Positions 1 through 10,700 of a stretch of 64,000 bases of DNA are shown here, in pieces. How positions within the stretch are numbered: position 1 is the first letter of the stretch; each line of letters begins with the position of its first letter. Below the pieces are notes generated by a model, which did no database searches, was not told the DNA's origin, and saw only the letters and a list, made by a program, of their open reading frames with translations. Source of the DNA: an uncultured cyanobacterium (GTDB lineage: Bacteria > Cyanobacteriota > Cyanobacteriia > Cyanobacteriales > Cyanobacteriaceae); the NCBI GenBank assembly GCA_963749915.1, contig CAVVOP010000008.1:832001-896000 (forward strand), read 5' to 3'. The position numbers and the translations under genes were made by a program.

Positions 1-1
1 A

Positions 2-679
2 AAAATAATCGAAAAACAATATCAAGCCATGAAAAATCCGCCCTTACGTCCCAATATACAAATACAAGGTACAGTTAAAAAAGTAGATAGTTTCCCCAAA
101 AATACACAGTTATTATTAACCCATCAATCCTTAACCTTACGGGAAATATTGCGATCGATGAACGTTTACAGTAACAATAAAATAGCGGAATCCCTCGCCC
201 AGCAAATCGGAGGGGGTGCAAAAGTAGCAGAAATAGCGGCAAAAATAGCCAATGTACCCAGAGAAGAAATCTTATTACATAATGGATCAGGTTTAGGAGT
301 CGATAACCGTATATCTCCCCGTGCAGCCTGTCGAATGCTTATGGCTTTAGAAACCCAATTAGAAGGCATTAATATTAATATAGCTGACCTATTCCCTGTG
401 GCAGGAGTTGATAAAAAAGGTACTGTGGAATATCGCAACATACCCTATGGCATCCCCGTGAAAACGGGTACATTATCGGTAGTAAGCGCCTTAGCAGGGG
501 TTCTCCCCACCACCAAGAGAAATCATGTTTATTTCGCCGTTGTCAATTACGGTAGCAATATAGAAGACTTGAGAAAAAAACAAGACATTTTACTGAGAAA
601 TCTTGAACAACATTGGACTTTAAAACCTCTATTGCCCACAAAATCAATTAATATTTCTTTCGGCGACAATGGATCATAA
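2..679 (+). CDS. dacB: D-alanyl-D-alanine carboxypeptidase/endopeptidase (PBP4, peptidase S13), 5'-truncated by the window edge
   Basis: SNNxxAE (SxN), NGSGL and KTGTL motifs; the frame is open from base 2. Confidence 0.85.
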   Translation, partial: KIIEKQYQAMKNPPLRPNIQIQGTVKKVDSFPKNTQLLLTHQSLTLREILRSMNVYSNNKIAESLAQQIGGGAKVAEIAAKIANVPREEILLHNGSGLGVDNRISPRAACRMLMALETQLEGININIADLFPVAGVDKKGTVEYRNIPYGIPVKTGTLSVVSALAGVLPTTKRNHVYFAVVNYGSNIEDLRKKQDILLRNLEQHWTLKPLLPTKSINISFGDNGS

Positions 680-817
680 CGGATGGTAATAAATTTTACT
701 TCCTTCTCATCTAGTTGGCACAGATTCCCATAGGTAGTGGATTTGCTGTCAATTTATTCTTGGTACTCGGCGGCTTTACTCAATACTGCTCGCAAGCGTG
801 CTGAAAAGGTTGCTGTG

Positions 818-852
818 ATTTAGAATTTAGAATTTAGAATTTAGAATTTAGA
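818..852 (+). repeat. Heptamer tandem repeat (ATTTAGA)x5, STRR-like
   Basis: Read directly; the same heptamer recurs at ~18818-18838 (reverse) and ~32330-32352. Confidence 0.9.
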
Positions 853-939
853 ATAAAAAGATTCAGATTCTGGCAGCACAAAAATATTAGATTGAACTCA
901 CGCTAATATAAGTAAAGTAATAAAACTTTAAGATAGTTA

Positions 940-2400
940 ATGTTTATTAATATTTATCAACCCGCGAAAATCAAGCAATATATAGAAGATAAGCTGTTAT
1001 TTGGCAATAAACTCACCCCAGAATTATTTGCCATCCTTACAGTATATTTTGTGCAAGGTATCTTAGGATTAGCTAGACTTGCCGTTAGTTTCTTCCTCAA
1101 AGACGAATTAATGCTTTCCCCTGCTCAAGTTTCCGCTCTCATGGGAGTAGCGGCTATTCCTTGGGTGACGAAGCCTATTATTGGTTTTTTGAGTGATGGT
1201 AAACCCCTCTTTGGTTATCGTCGTCGTAGTTATTTATTTCTTTCGGGCATTTTAGGTGCGATGGCATGGTTAAGTTTAGGTACGATCGTCAATAATGCTT
1301 GGGGTGCGACTATTGCTATTTTATTTACCTCTCTTTCTGTGGCTATGAGTGACGTTATCGTTGACTCGGTGGTAGTGGAAAGGGCAAAAAACGAATCTTT
1401 AGCTAAATCAGGCTCTTTACAATCCGTAACATGGGGATGTTCAGCTCTAGGTGGTTTAATCACCGCTTATTTTAGCGGCTCACTATTACAACATTTTAGT
1501 AGTAATACGATCTTTTTCATTACTGCCTGTTTCCCTTTATTGGTGGTAGGTATAGCCGGATTAATCATCGAAAAACCGGTGGAAAAAGCAACTACCTTAA
1601 ACCCTTTTCCAGAACAAATAAAACAATTATGGCAAACCATTACCAAACAATCAATTCTTGCCCCAGTTATCTTTGTTTCCCTTTGGCAGGCAACTCCTAG
1701 TGCCGATTCGGCCTTTTTCTTCTTCTCTACCAATGAATTAGGATTCACTCCGGAATTTTTAGGTAGGATAAGATTAATTACTAGTTTGGCGGCACTAATA
1801 GGCATATTTTGTTATCAAACATGGCTAAAACAAATCTCCTTCCGAGTCATGTTAGGTTGGAGTGTAGTGTTATCTTCCCTTTTGGGCATGACAAGCCTGA
1901 TATTGGTAACCCATTTTAACCGTGTTCTGGGTATTGATGATCATTGGTTTAGCTTAGGTGATAGCCTAATTTTAACGGTTATGGGACAAATCGCCTTTAT
2001 GCCTATATTGGTATTGTCAGCCCGTCTGTGTCCTGAAGGCATCGAAGCCAGTTTTTTCGCCCTATTAATGTCAATTTGGAATTTAGCCGGATTAGTTTCC
2101 CATGAATTAGGAGCGTTACTTACCCACTGGTTAGGGGTAACAGAAAGCAATTTTGAGCATCTTTGGTTACTATTATTGATTACTAACTTATCGAGTTTAC
2201 TACCCTTACCCCTACTTAAATTACTACCCAACGAAGATCCCCAAAAACAAAATAACCTCAAAAATTTACCAGTATCAGAAATTTATGAACATCATAGTCC
2301 AGGGGCAGTATTAGGTCAAGATATCATACCGGAAATCATCATCGACTTAAACTCCCACATGACTCAATCTCCAGTGTCAACTACAAAAGACCTTAATTAA
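940..2400 (+). CDS. Folate/biopterin transporter (FBT/BT1 family MFS)
   Basis: VYFVQG, PWxxKP..G..SD..P..GYRRRSY and LCPEGIEA motifs; about 12 hydrophobic segments. Confidence 0.9.
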   Translation: MFINIYQPAKIKQYIEDKLLFGNKLTPELFAILTVYFVQGILGLARLAVSFFLKDELMLSPAQVSALMGVAAIPWVTKPIIGFLSDGKPLFGYRRRSYLFLSGILGAMAWLSLGTIVNNAWGATIAILFTSLSVAMSDVIVDSVVVERAKNESLAKSGSLQSVTWGCSALGGLITAYFSGSLLQHFSSNTIFFITACFPLLVVGIAGLIIEKPVEKATTLNPFPEQIKQLWQTITKQSILAPVIFVSLWQATPSADSAFFFFSTNELGFTPEFLGRIRLITSLAALIGIFCYQTWLKQISFRVMLGWSVVLSSLLGMTSLILVTHFNRVLGIDDHWFSLGDSLILTVMGQIAFMPILVLSARLCPEGIEASFFALLMSIWNLAGLVSHELGALLTHWLGVTESNFEHLWLLLLITNLSSLLPLPLLKLLPNEDPQKQNNLKNLPVSEIYEHHSPGAVLGQDIIPEIIIDLNSHMTQSPVSTTKDLN

Positions 2401-2430
2401 ATTTAATCCTAAAAAAAGATTTCCTCCCTC

Positions 2431-2459
2431 TTGCACCTTCTAAAAAAGTGCGTTATACT
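2431..2459 (+). promoter_or_regulatory. Sigma70-type promoter of the tRNA gene
   Basis: TTGCAC-17 nt-TATACT about 30 bp upstream of the tRNA. Confidence 0.7.
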
Positions 2460-2490
2460 GGTCATCGTTGTGAAAAAATGAACAACCGAC

Positions 2491-2562
2491 GGGTCGCTAG
2501 CTCAGCGGTAGAGCACTCGGCTTTTAACTGATTGGTCCTGAGTTCGAATCTCAGGCGACCCA
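2491..2562 (+). tRNA. trnK: tRNA-Lys (anticodon UUU), CCA not encoded
   Basis: Acceptor stem GGGTCGC/GCGACCC, D arm GCTCAGCGGTAGAGC, anticodon loop CTTTTAA, T loop GTTCGAATC. Confidence 0.95.
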
Positions 2563-2730
2563 TTTTTAGTCTGTTGAGTCAGATTCAGGATATCGCTACA
2601 TAAGTAAAGGATGAGGGAAAATAGTGGGTATTAGTTTTCTCTGGAAACTTTATTAATGTCAGAATTCAGTGTTATCTTGTCCCCATTGCGTTTTTCATCA
2701 GGTCGTCAATTTTTGATATAGTTCCTCTTT

Positions 2731-3861
2731 ATGTTTTCATCTAACTTACCCACAGAAGAAGAAGAAGATTATTTCGATTATTCTTACGATGAACCGGGAA
2801 GTGAACCCGGTAGTATTACCATCGATCCTTTGGCGTTACCTTCTCATATTACTCTTATTGAATATGATCAACATAACGCTCATCGTCGAGTAAATGCTCA
2901 ACCTGAAGATTGTGTTTCTTGTCTGACTAATAACTTAGTTTCTTGGGCTGATGTTGAGGGATTAGGAACAGAGAATATTCTTCGAAGAATTGGACAAGTT
3001 TTTCAGTTACATCCTTTAATTTTAGAAGATATTGTCAGTGTTCCTCAAAGACCAAAAATAGAAGACTATTCTGATCAATTATTAATAATTATTCACTCCG
3101 TTAAAGCTAATGAAAATGAAATTGGTTTTACTTCTGAGCAAATTAGTTTTATCTTAGGAAAAGACTATTTACTGACTTTTCAAGAAGATAATATTGATAA
3201 TTTTGCCAAAGTCAGAGAACGTATCAGACTCAATCAAGGAAAAGTAAGACAATTAGGGGCCGATTATTTAGCTTATTTATTATTAGATACATTGATTGAT
3301 AATTATTTTCCCGTGTTGGAAGATTATGGAGAAAGAATCGGAGATTTAGAGGATCAAATAGTCTTACACCCCAGCAAAAAAACATTACAAGAGATTTATA
3401 ACGTGAGAAGGGAGTTATTGTCTTTGAGACGCTCAATTTGGCCTCTGCGTAATCTTTTTAATGAGTTAATCAGAGAAGATAATAATTTAATTACTAAAGA
3501 AGTCTATATTTATTTTCGAGATTGTTATTATCACACCATCCAAATTTTAGATATTTTAGAAACTTATAGAGAATTAGCTTCTAGTTTAATGGAAGTATTA
3601 ATCTCATCTATGAGCAACAAAATGAACGAGGTAATCACTTTATTAACAATTATTTCTAGTATTTTTATTCCCTTAACTTTCATTGCCGGACTTTATGGTA
3701 TGAATTTTGAATATATGCCTGAATTAAAATTACGTTGGGGATATTTTGCCACTTTACTGTTAATGTTGTTAGTGGCAGGGGTAATGACTTTTTATTTTTG
3801 GCGTAGAGGATGGTTTAAATTATTTTTGGAGAAACAGGAAAAATTTAATATTTATAAATAA
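2731..3861 (+). CDS. corA: Magnesium/cobalt transporter CorA
   Basis: HPLILEDI, QRPKIE and YGMNF signatures; two C-terminal TM helices. Confidence 0.95.
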   Translation: MFSSNLPTEEEEDYFDYSYDEPGSEPGSITIDPLALPSHITLIEYDQHNAHRRVNAQPEDCVSCLTNNLVSWADVEGLGTENILRRIGQVFQLHPLILEDIVSVPQRPKIEDYSDQLLIIIHSVKANENEIGFTSEQISFILGKDYLLTFQEDNIDNFAKVRERIRLNQGKVRQLGADYLAYLLLDTLIDNYFPVLEDYGERIGDLEDQIVLHPSKKTLQEIYNVRRELLSLRRSIWPLRNLFNELIREDNNLITKEVYIYFRDCYYHTIQILDILETYRELASSLMEVLISSMSNKMNEVITLLTIISSIFIPLTFIAGLYGMNFEYMPELKLRWGYFATLLLMLLVAGVMTFYFWRRGWFKLFLEKQEKFNIYK

Positions 3862-3988
3862 CTCGACTACTCAGGTTACTTAATTGCTCAGATTACCAAT
3901 GTAGGTAATAACTTTATTTCTTCTTTTTCTAACTGCAATTTTGGTTTTTTATCTTGCCATCTTTATACCACTCACTTATTTCTTTTCC

Positions 3989-5494
3989 TCACTGTGATAT
4001 TTCCGGCATCAACGGAGGAGTATTGACAAGTATCGGAGTAGGATCGGTAGTATTAGTAAGATTAGTAAGATTTTTTCTTGATTTAGTCATAAATTCTTCA
4101 TGGTAGGATCGCTCTGTGTTCACATCCCATAAATGATGATTTGCACCCATAATATTTTCTACGGCTAATAATGCTGATAACATCGAGTGGTCTTGATTAT
4201 TATAACAGTGCATTCCATTACGACCGACGGAATATAAATTCTCAAAGTCATCGATATAATTCTGAAGTACCTTTAAATGTTCTTGATATTGCTCATCGTA
4301 AACAGGATAAGCCTTTTTTTGTCGAATTACAGTGCCATCTATCACTTTATTGATGTCATCCACCAAGCCAAGATTAACAATTTCCTCACTGGCCAGTTGA
4401 ATTAAATCTCGATTATCCATGCCCCATAACTCATCCCCTTCGCTACAAAAATATTCCATGCCCAGGCAAGTTTTACTGTTATCGGGTACCATTTTCGGAC
4501 TCCAATTTTTAAAATTCTGAATCCGTCCTACCTTAAATTCAGGACTGTGAATATAAATCCAATTATCAGGAAATAGATATTCTTGATCGATGACAATGGG
4601 AACAATGAGAAAATCACGATATTTTAGACCACGAGCGGCTTTTAATACATTTTCTGGCGGTAGTGGTTCTAAACGTTGCATTAGAAGAGTTATCGGCATT
4701 GTATTAATGAAGTTATCTCCTGTAAAGATTAGGGTTTCATTACCTTTTTTAGCAACAATACTGGTAATACGTTTTCCTTTCCTATTCACCTTCAGCACTT
4801 CTGTATTTAATAGTACCTGAGAGCCTTTATCCTCCAACTTTTCTTGAAATCTCTCCCACATCATTCCCGGACCTAAAATGGGGTAATCAAATTCTTTAAT
4901 CAAAGTTTTAGTATCGCCTATACCAAATAAAGCATCAATGACAGCTTTTCTCAGAGATAATCCCTTAATTCTTTGTGCGGCCCAATCTGCTCGAATTTGA
5001 GTACAGGAAATGCCCCAGACTTTTTCAGTGTAAGTTTTAAAAAAAGTTTGATATAAACGTCCCCCAAAACGATTCGTCACCCATTGTTCAAAATTATCCT
5101 CCAAAGGTAAGGGATAAACCTTTATTTTGAGATAACTATAGAGGATCCTCAAACTATCGATAATTCCCAAATTAGTTAGGGCATTAATGGGTTCTAAAGG
5201 ATAACTGAAAAATTTGCCTTTATAGTAAATTCTGGAGAGACGGGGAACTTTAATAAATTCATTTCCCAAGACTTCATTCCACAGATTTTGTACTTTTCTA
5301 ACTTTAGTAAAAAAACGGTGTCCCCCAATGTCAAAACGATAGCCTTTATAGGTTTCAGTGCGAGAAATTCCGCCTACTCTATCGAATTTTTCTAAAGCTA
5401 AAACTTTGTGACCATTTTTAATTAATTCATAACCAGCAGTTAATCCAGCAGGGCCCGCACCGATAATAACAATTTTTTGAGGATGACTGTTCAT
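3989..5494 (-). CDS. FAD-dependent oxidoreductase (amine oxidase/UDP-galactopyranose-mutase-like family)
   Basis: GAGPAG Rossmann motif, DIGGHRFF, GRNGMHxYNNQDHSM. Confidence 0.8.
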   Translation of the reverse strand: MNSHPQKIVIIGAGPAGLTAGYELIKNGHKVLALEKFDRVGGISRTETYKGYRFDIGGHRFFTKVRKVQNLWNEVLGNEFIKVPRLSRIYYKGKFFSYPLEPINALTNLGIIDSLRILYSYLKIKVYPLPLEDNFEQWVTNRFGGRLYQTFFKTYTEKVWGISCTQIRADWAAQRIKGLSLRKAVIDALFGIGDTKTLIKEFDYPILGPGMMWERFQEKLEDKGSQVLLNTEVLKVNRKGKRITSIVAKKGNETLIFTGDNFINTMPITLLMQRLEPLPPENVLKAARGLKYRDFLIVPIVIDQEYLFPDNWIYIHSPEFKVGRIQNFKNWSPKMVPDNSKTCLGMEYFCSEGDELWGMDNRDLIQLASEEIVNLGLVDDINKVIDGTVIRQKKAYPVYDEQYQEHLKVLQNYIDDFENLYSVGRNGMHCYNNQDHSMLSALLAVENIMGANHHLWDVNTERSYHEEFMTKSRKNLTNLTNTTDPTPILVNTPPLMPEISQ

Positions 5495-5921
5495 AATTGA
5501 GACTACTTAATGGGTAATTTTGTATTAATACCAATAAAAATTGTGTCTTTGCATTGGGCATATTAAGGGATTAGGGTTCACAAATAGGTTCGGCGGGTTG
5601 GAGCTTATCTATTTTCCTTACCCATGCACTTAAGTGCTTTATCCTGAGTATAAAAGATTTTTTTGAGAATGACTGGATTTTTCCTGTATTTAACACAAAC
5701 TTCACAAATGCCCAAACTTTATACAATCTTTATATAAGGATTTTACAGAAACTCTACAAATTTATCTGCTCGCCAAATACCACGTAAGTAAATACCACGT
5801 AAGTATGGTGGGGTTGATCTCACAGGGGTAGGTTTTTTACAATAAGATTGTGAACATAACCCTCTCCAAGAAAATAACGGTGTGCCTATTGAATTTTTAC
5901 AAATAGCTAAAGATATTTAAA

Positions 5922-6672
5922 ATGGGGAAGAATATGGATTTTGAGTATTATTTGGCCTGTGGAAGTAAAGATGCGGTCTCAATCAGTTCTCAGCCAGGGA
6001 TTTTGTTGATTGGAGGAGCAGAAGGGGACAAATCGGGTGAGCATGAAGCAACTCAATGGTTTCTTGCACGAGCCAAAGGCGGTAAATATTTAGTGCTTCG
6101 CACTGGGGGTATAGGGGGTCAAGCCAAATGGATTTGTCAGCATTATCGAGATTGGGTTCATTCAGCGGCTGAACTTTCTATTGATGGTCGTGAAGCCGCC
6201 AATGAACCCAAAGTTATCGACTATATTCGTGAAGCCGATGCCCTGTTTATAGCGGGAGGAGATCAAACTAAATATAAAAAATATTGGGAAGGAACCGAGA
6301 CACAGAAGGCACTTAATTATTTGATTAATGACAAGAAAATTCCCGTGGCCGGGACAAGTGCTGGGATGGCTATTTTAGGAGACTATTACTATGCTCCCGA
6401 TAATAATGGAATTCTGAGTTCAGAGATTCTCGATGATCCTTTCCACTACAATACCCACAGCCTTTATCGAAGCCACTCCTGAGCAAATGGAACCTGGCTG
6501 GCCACTGATTTGGAATAACCAAGGGAAGGCCGTAAAAGTTTACCAAATTTCGGGAACTCGGGAAGGGAGTGGTTATTTTGACTTGAAAGATTGGTCTACC
6601 GCTAAGGATGGAACATGGGAATATTGGTACACAGTCGGCGGCAAGTCTGGATTAACAAAAAAACCATTCTAA
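5922..6672 (+). pseudogene. Cyanophycinase-like peptidase S51, internally deleted and frameshifted (ORFs 5922-6482 and 6433-6672)
   Basis: IGGAE, FIAGGDQ and GTSAG motifs are present; the DTH-type middle segment is absent and the C-terminus continues in another frame. Confidence 0.7.
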
Positions 6673-6723
6673 TTTCTCCTGTGCCAATGCCAATCAATTC
6701 GCTCAAAAATCCAGCACCCAAAC

Positions 6724-6829
6724 CTAGTGGTCTGTCAAGATAGTTTTGAGGGACTGGGAACGGGTAATTTTGGATTTTGGATTTTGGAGGATTGTTTTAT
6801 CCCTCATTTCAAAATTGACAGACCACTAG
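6724..6829. mobile_element. MITE with 15-bp terminal inverted repeats
   Basis: CTAGTGGTCTGTCAA ... TTGACAGACCACTAG, 106 bp, no ORF. Confidence 0.8.
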
Positions 6830-6954
6830 TAGAATAAAAACATAGTTTTTCCGTTAGTTGTTCCGTTAGTTGTTTCCTAATCTGCTTTTGCTACAATTTT
6901 AATGGAGCATAAGCCCATTGAAGGAAGAAAGATTGAAAGAGCCAGAATCTAAAA

Positions 6955-7341
6955 ATGGAAATAAACAAAATTCATCATATAGCTATTATTTCTTCTGATT
7001 ATGAAAAATCAAAGGACTTTTACACGAAGATACTTGCTTTTTCAATCATTAAGGAAACATTTAGAGAAGACAAAAACTCTTATAAGTTAGATTTGAGAGT
7101 TGGCAATAATGACATGATCGAACTTTTTTCTTTTCCCTCTCCTCCTGCTAGGCTTAGTAATCCAGAAAATTGCGGACTAAGACATTTAGCCTTTGAAGTG
7201 GAGAATATCGATAAATCCGTTGTTTACTTAAAATCCAAAGGGGTCAGTGTTGAACCCATTAGAACAGATGAATTGACGGATAAACGCTTTACTTTTTTTA
7301 AAGACCCAGATAATTTACCTCTGGAAATATATGAGAGATAA
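6955..7341 (+). CDS. VOC/glyoxalase family protein (YaeR-like)
   Basis: IHHIAII, GLRHLAFEV, FFKDPDNLPLEIYE. Confidence 0.9.
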   Translation: MEINKIHHIAIISSDYEKSKDFYTKILAFSIIKETFREDKNSYKLDLRVGNNDMIELFSFPSPPARLSNPENCGLRHLAFEVENIDKSVVYLKSKGVSVEPIRTDELTDKRFTFFKDPDNLPLEIYER

Positions 7342-7432
7342 AATAATAATTGGGTGTAGTTGGAAACAGAAGCTAGCTGTAGGCAAGGGATTACTCCAAG
7401 AAGTTGAGGTTAAGTATTTCAGTATTTTGTGA

Positions 7433-8182
7433 TTAATTACTTACGGCACCTTCGATGGTTCTTAAAAAGAAATGAGTATCAATGTTATCTTTTAAACGAT
7501 ACAATTTCGCGGGACGTTTGGCATCTTGACGCATTTCGGAGGTTTCCTCTAAAATTTCTGCTTTGGCAATACGACGACGAAAGGATTTTGTTTCTAAAGT
7601 ATGATCAAGAATTACCTCATAAACTTTTTGTAAATCCCCAAGGGTAAATTTTTCAGACATCAAGTAAGCTGGTAAGGAAGTATAAAGTACTTTATTGCGT
7701 AAACGTTCGATGGCCTGACTTAAAATTTCGTTATGATCAAAGGCTAATGACTCTATTAGTTTATTTTTGACGATGGGCGACCACTTGATCTCGATGGCAC
7801 CTTTTCCCGCTGTAAGTTGAATTTTATCATGGGGCAATAGGGCAAAATAAACAGTAGTTACGGACCATCCTCGAGGATCCCGGTGTTTATTGCCAACGGT
7901 AAAACACTGCTCTAAATAGGGCGTTTTTACGCCAGTTTTCTCCTCTAATTTACGTCTTGCGGTATCCTTTAAAGTCTTATCATTATCCAAGTCGATAAAA
8001 CCGCCAACTAATGCCCATTGATTTTTAAAAGGATAGTTTGCCCGTCTTACGAGGAGAACTTGCAAAGATTGCTCAAAAACTGTGAAAATTACGGTATCTA
8101 CTGAAGTACTGGGGCGATCAAATTTTCTCGGATCGTAATCTTTGAGAAATTCTGCTTCAGAACTGTAGTACTTTTCTTCCAT
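7433..8182 (-). CDS. nrtR: Nudix-related transcriptional regulator NrtR
   Basis: Degenerate Nudix box, RDPRGW, LAFDH and C-terminal wHTH (FTLxxLQxVYE, FRRR, RPAKLY); downstream of nadV. Confidence 0.9.
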   Translation of the reverse strand: MEEKYYSSEAEFLKDYDPRKFDRPSTSVDTVIFTVFEQSLQVLLVRRANYPFKNQWALVGGFIDLDNDKTLKDTARRKLEEKTGVKTPYLEQCFTVGNKHRDPRGWSVTTVYFALLPHDKIQLTAGKGAIEIKWSPIVKNKLIESLAFDHNEILSQAIERLRNKVLYTSLPAYLMSEKFTLGDLQKVYEVILDHTLETKSFRRRIAKAEILEETSEMRQDAKRPAKLYRLKDNIDTHFFLRTIEGAVSN

Positions 8183-8196
8183 GATCTATTTTTCCT

Positions 8197-9678
8197 TTAA
8201 AGATGACTCTCAATACGTTGGCGAATATCCGAAAGGGTATAACTTTTGACTAGCTTACCATCGAGAAACACGATTTTTAAAGCACCTTGTTTTTCCTGTT
8301 CTACTGTTTGTTGTTCATATAAAACATAAGTATTGCTGTTTTCCTCAACTCTCAATAAACCTTTAGCGGATTTTTTTGTACCTCCGTCGGTTTTAGGATT
8401 TTTAAAAATATCTCGGCGATCGCCATTAACTATACCGCTAGTGGCTTTTACGGCAAATCCGAGGTTATCCCTGGTGACGTATTGATAGGTATATGAACCA
8501 ATGCCAAAAACCACATTCCCCGAAGCAAATCCTTTTTTATCCAATCGTTGTAAGATGTTATCAGCCCGATCGAGGGTAATAGAATCACCGTAAATCAAAC
8601 CAATATGAGAATCAAGCATTTTATATCCTGTGGGGCTAAGACTACCGCCAAAAATTTCCCATAAACATTCTACAGCACCTTTATATTCAGGGCTACCTTG
8701 GGAGGCCCTAAAATCTCCACAAATAATTTTAACAGGATCTCCACTATCAGGACGGATAACTAACTTACCATCCCGTGCTAGAATTTTATTCTTGAGGATG
8801 ACCGTATATTCCGTTATCACTTTCCAAAAATCCCAGGTATCGGCAACAACGGAAATAATACCTTTGGGGTATAAATCTTCGATGAGTCGGCGAAAGGTCT
8901 CTAATTCTCCGTCTTGCATACCCATGGCCATGACAGAATGTTCCGTAGCTGCCACAGAAACACCGATCATCTCATGATCTGCATTGGCACTATAATAATT
9001 TTCTAGTAGATCGATTGCTAATACCGTATCAGTACCACAAAAAGAAGTAAGGTGAGCTGCACCACTAATTATGGCATCCTGTACACTGGATAAACCCCGA
9101 AAAGAAAAATCATGACATTGAAAGGGTATAAAATCTAAGGGCGTTCCTGTTTTTAAGGCATAATTTGTCATTAACTTTTTATATTGATAGGCTGTTGTAG
9201 CAGATGTTATCGGTTTCCATAAATAACAGGACATCACTGACTCAATATAATTAGTTAACCAGAAAAAATCAGGATGAGTATTTACCACTGTCAATAGAGG
9301 TATTCCTATGGAAACTAGACTTCCCTCCGGCAATGCCTTAATTTTGAGAGGTAAATATCCTAAATCGTAGAGGGCACAAATATGTTCGAGAGGAATTGCA
9401 CCCACTCCCAAGGAAGTATCCATGCGTCTTTGATAGGCGGAAATTACCGTTTTTTTATCCTGTTGAAAAAAGTTTTCGTTCCAACAATCAATTAGGTAAT
9501 CTTTGATAAAATATTGTAAGCCAAAAAACACGACTCGAATGTCATCGGAATCTAAAACTTTGGCAAGACGACCACTGCGAGGGGTAAAATTAGCATAAAC
9601 TTCCGTTGTACCTTGAGGATATTGACGACGGTGATCGGTTTTGTAAAAATCAATGGCATTAAGGGGATTTATTTTCAT
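8197..9678 (-). CDS. nadV: Nicotinamide phosphoribosyltransferase (NAMPT family); probable start 9678, ORF extends to 9732
   Basis: DFYKTDH, HDFSFRG, ATEHSV, VIRPDSGDP, GIGSYTYQ..TRD, KKSAKG. Confidence 0.9.
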   Translation of the reverse strand: MKINPLNAIDFYKTDHRRQYPQGTTEVYANFTPRSGRLAKVLDSDDIRVVFFGLQYFIKDYLIDCWNENFFQQDKKTVISAYQRRMDTSLGVGAIPLEHICALYDLGYLPLKIKALPEGSLVSIGIPLLTVVNTHPDFFWLTNYIESVMSCYLWKPITSATTAYQYKKLMTNYALKTGTPLDFIPFQCHDFSFRGLSSVQDAIISGAAHLTSFCGTDTVLAIDLLENYYSANADHEMIGVSVAATEHSVMAMGMQDGELETFRRLIEDLYPKGIISVVADTWDFWKVITEYTVILKNKILARDGKLVIRPDSGDPVKIICGDFRASQGSPEYKGAVECLWEIFGGSLSPTGYKMLDSHIGLIYGDSITLDRADNILQRLDKKGFASGNVVFGIGSYTYQYVTRDNLGFAVKATSGIVNGDRRDIFKNPKTDGGTKKSAKGLLRVEENSNTYVLYEQQTVEQEKQGALKIVFLDGKLVKSYTLSDIRQRIESHL

Positions 9679-9761
9679 GGTTTTTTCTCTGGTAAAAATT
9701 TGATAAATTTGGGATTTCGATAAATTTGGCATAGGCTTTTGGCCTGTATCGTTAACCTAAG

Positions 9762-10592
9762 CTATATTAGGGAGTGGGGTAAAATGGTCAAAAAATTACT
9801 ATCTTGTTCTTCTGGGAATAGCATGGTGTGACAACAATAAATTTGATTAAAATATGGCCGTAATGGCTCTAATCCTTTAGAAAAAATGCCATGGGTAACA
9901 TAAAGAGCAATTTCCTGAACCTCTTTTTCTTGAAGTACTTTTGCCAATTCGATAAAGGTTCGCCCACCATCACAAATATCATCTACTAAAATCACTTTTC
10001 GCCCTCTAACATCATCATGAAAGGTGCTAAAGAGAATTTTCCCTGTTTTTGTATCACGAATTTTACTGGCACAAAAAACATCAAGGTATTGCCCAGATTT
10101 TCCTATACGTTTAGCTACTTCAAGGGTTTTTTTCTCTGCACCAGCATCAGGGGCGATCAAAGCCCAGTTTTCTTTTTCAAGCCTTTTTCCTAAGTCACTA
10201 TCAGCTAAAATATCAGCTTGGGTTACTACATGACAGTTATTTAATAAAGCGGGAGTCACATCAGAATGAGGATCAATAATTACAATGCGATCGCACTTTA
10301 AGCCGTTGATCAAATTTGCCATTACTTTAACACTCAGAGGTTCCCCTGGATTACAAACTCGATCCTGTCTAGCATAGGGAAAATAAGGAATAATCAAATC
10401 AATAGTGACGGTGGTTAAAATACGGCGAATAGCATCAACGGTAAGTAATAAAGCGATAATATCGTTAGCACTGTTTAAAATACCTTTAATTACTGTTTTT
10501 GGGATCACAGTCCGCGGTGATAAGGTCACCTGGCATTCTCCTCCGGGAAAGTTAAAGGTTTTTATCTCGCAATCATTGACTAATATGGGCAT
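9762..10592 (-). CDS. prs: Short ribose-phosphate pyrophosphokinase family protein
   Basis: FPGGE, PYFPYARQDR, DPHS, PDAGA, VDDICDGGRTF, THGIFS. Confidence 0.85.
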   Translation of the reverse strand: MPILVNDCEIKTFNFPGGECQVTLSPRTVIPKTVIKGILNSANDIIALLLTVDAIRRILTTVTIDLIIPYFPYARQDRVCNPGEPLSVKVMANLINGLKCDRIVIIDPHSDVTPALLNNCHVVTQADILADSDLGKRLEKENWALIAPDAGAEKKTLEVAKRIGKSGQYLDVFCASKIRDTKTGKILFSTFHDDVRGRKVILVDDICDGGRTFIELAKVLQEKEVQEIALYVTHGIFSKGLEPLRPYFNQIYCCHTMLFPEEQDSNFLTILPHSLI

Positions 10593-10638
10593 TTTTTTAC
10601 TCTCTTTGATAAATTAATGGCTTTAAGCCATTAAATAT

Positions 10639-10668
10639 ATAATGTCATAGAGACACTTATAATGTCAA
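10639..10668 (-). promoter_or_regulatory. NrtR operator overlapping the prs-nadV-nrtR promoter
   Basis: Imperfect palindrome ATAATGTCATAGAGACACTTAT with the GT-N7-AC core typical of NrtR sites; it lies between TTGACA (-35) and TGnCATTAT (-10) on the minus strand. Confidence 0.75.
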
Positions 10669-10700
10669 GGAGTTATCCCAGAAAACTCATCGAATTAAAG

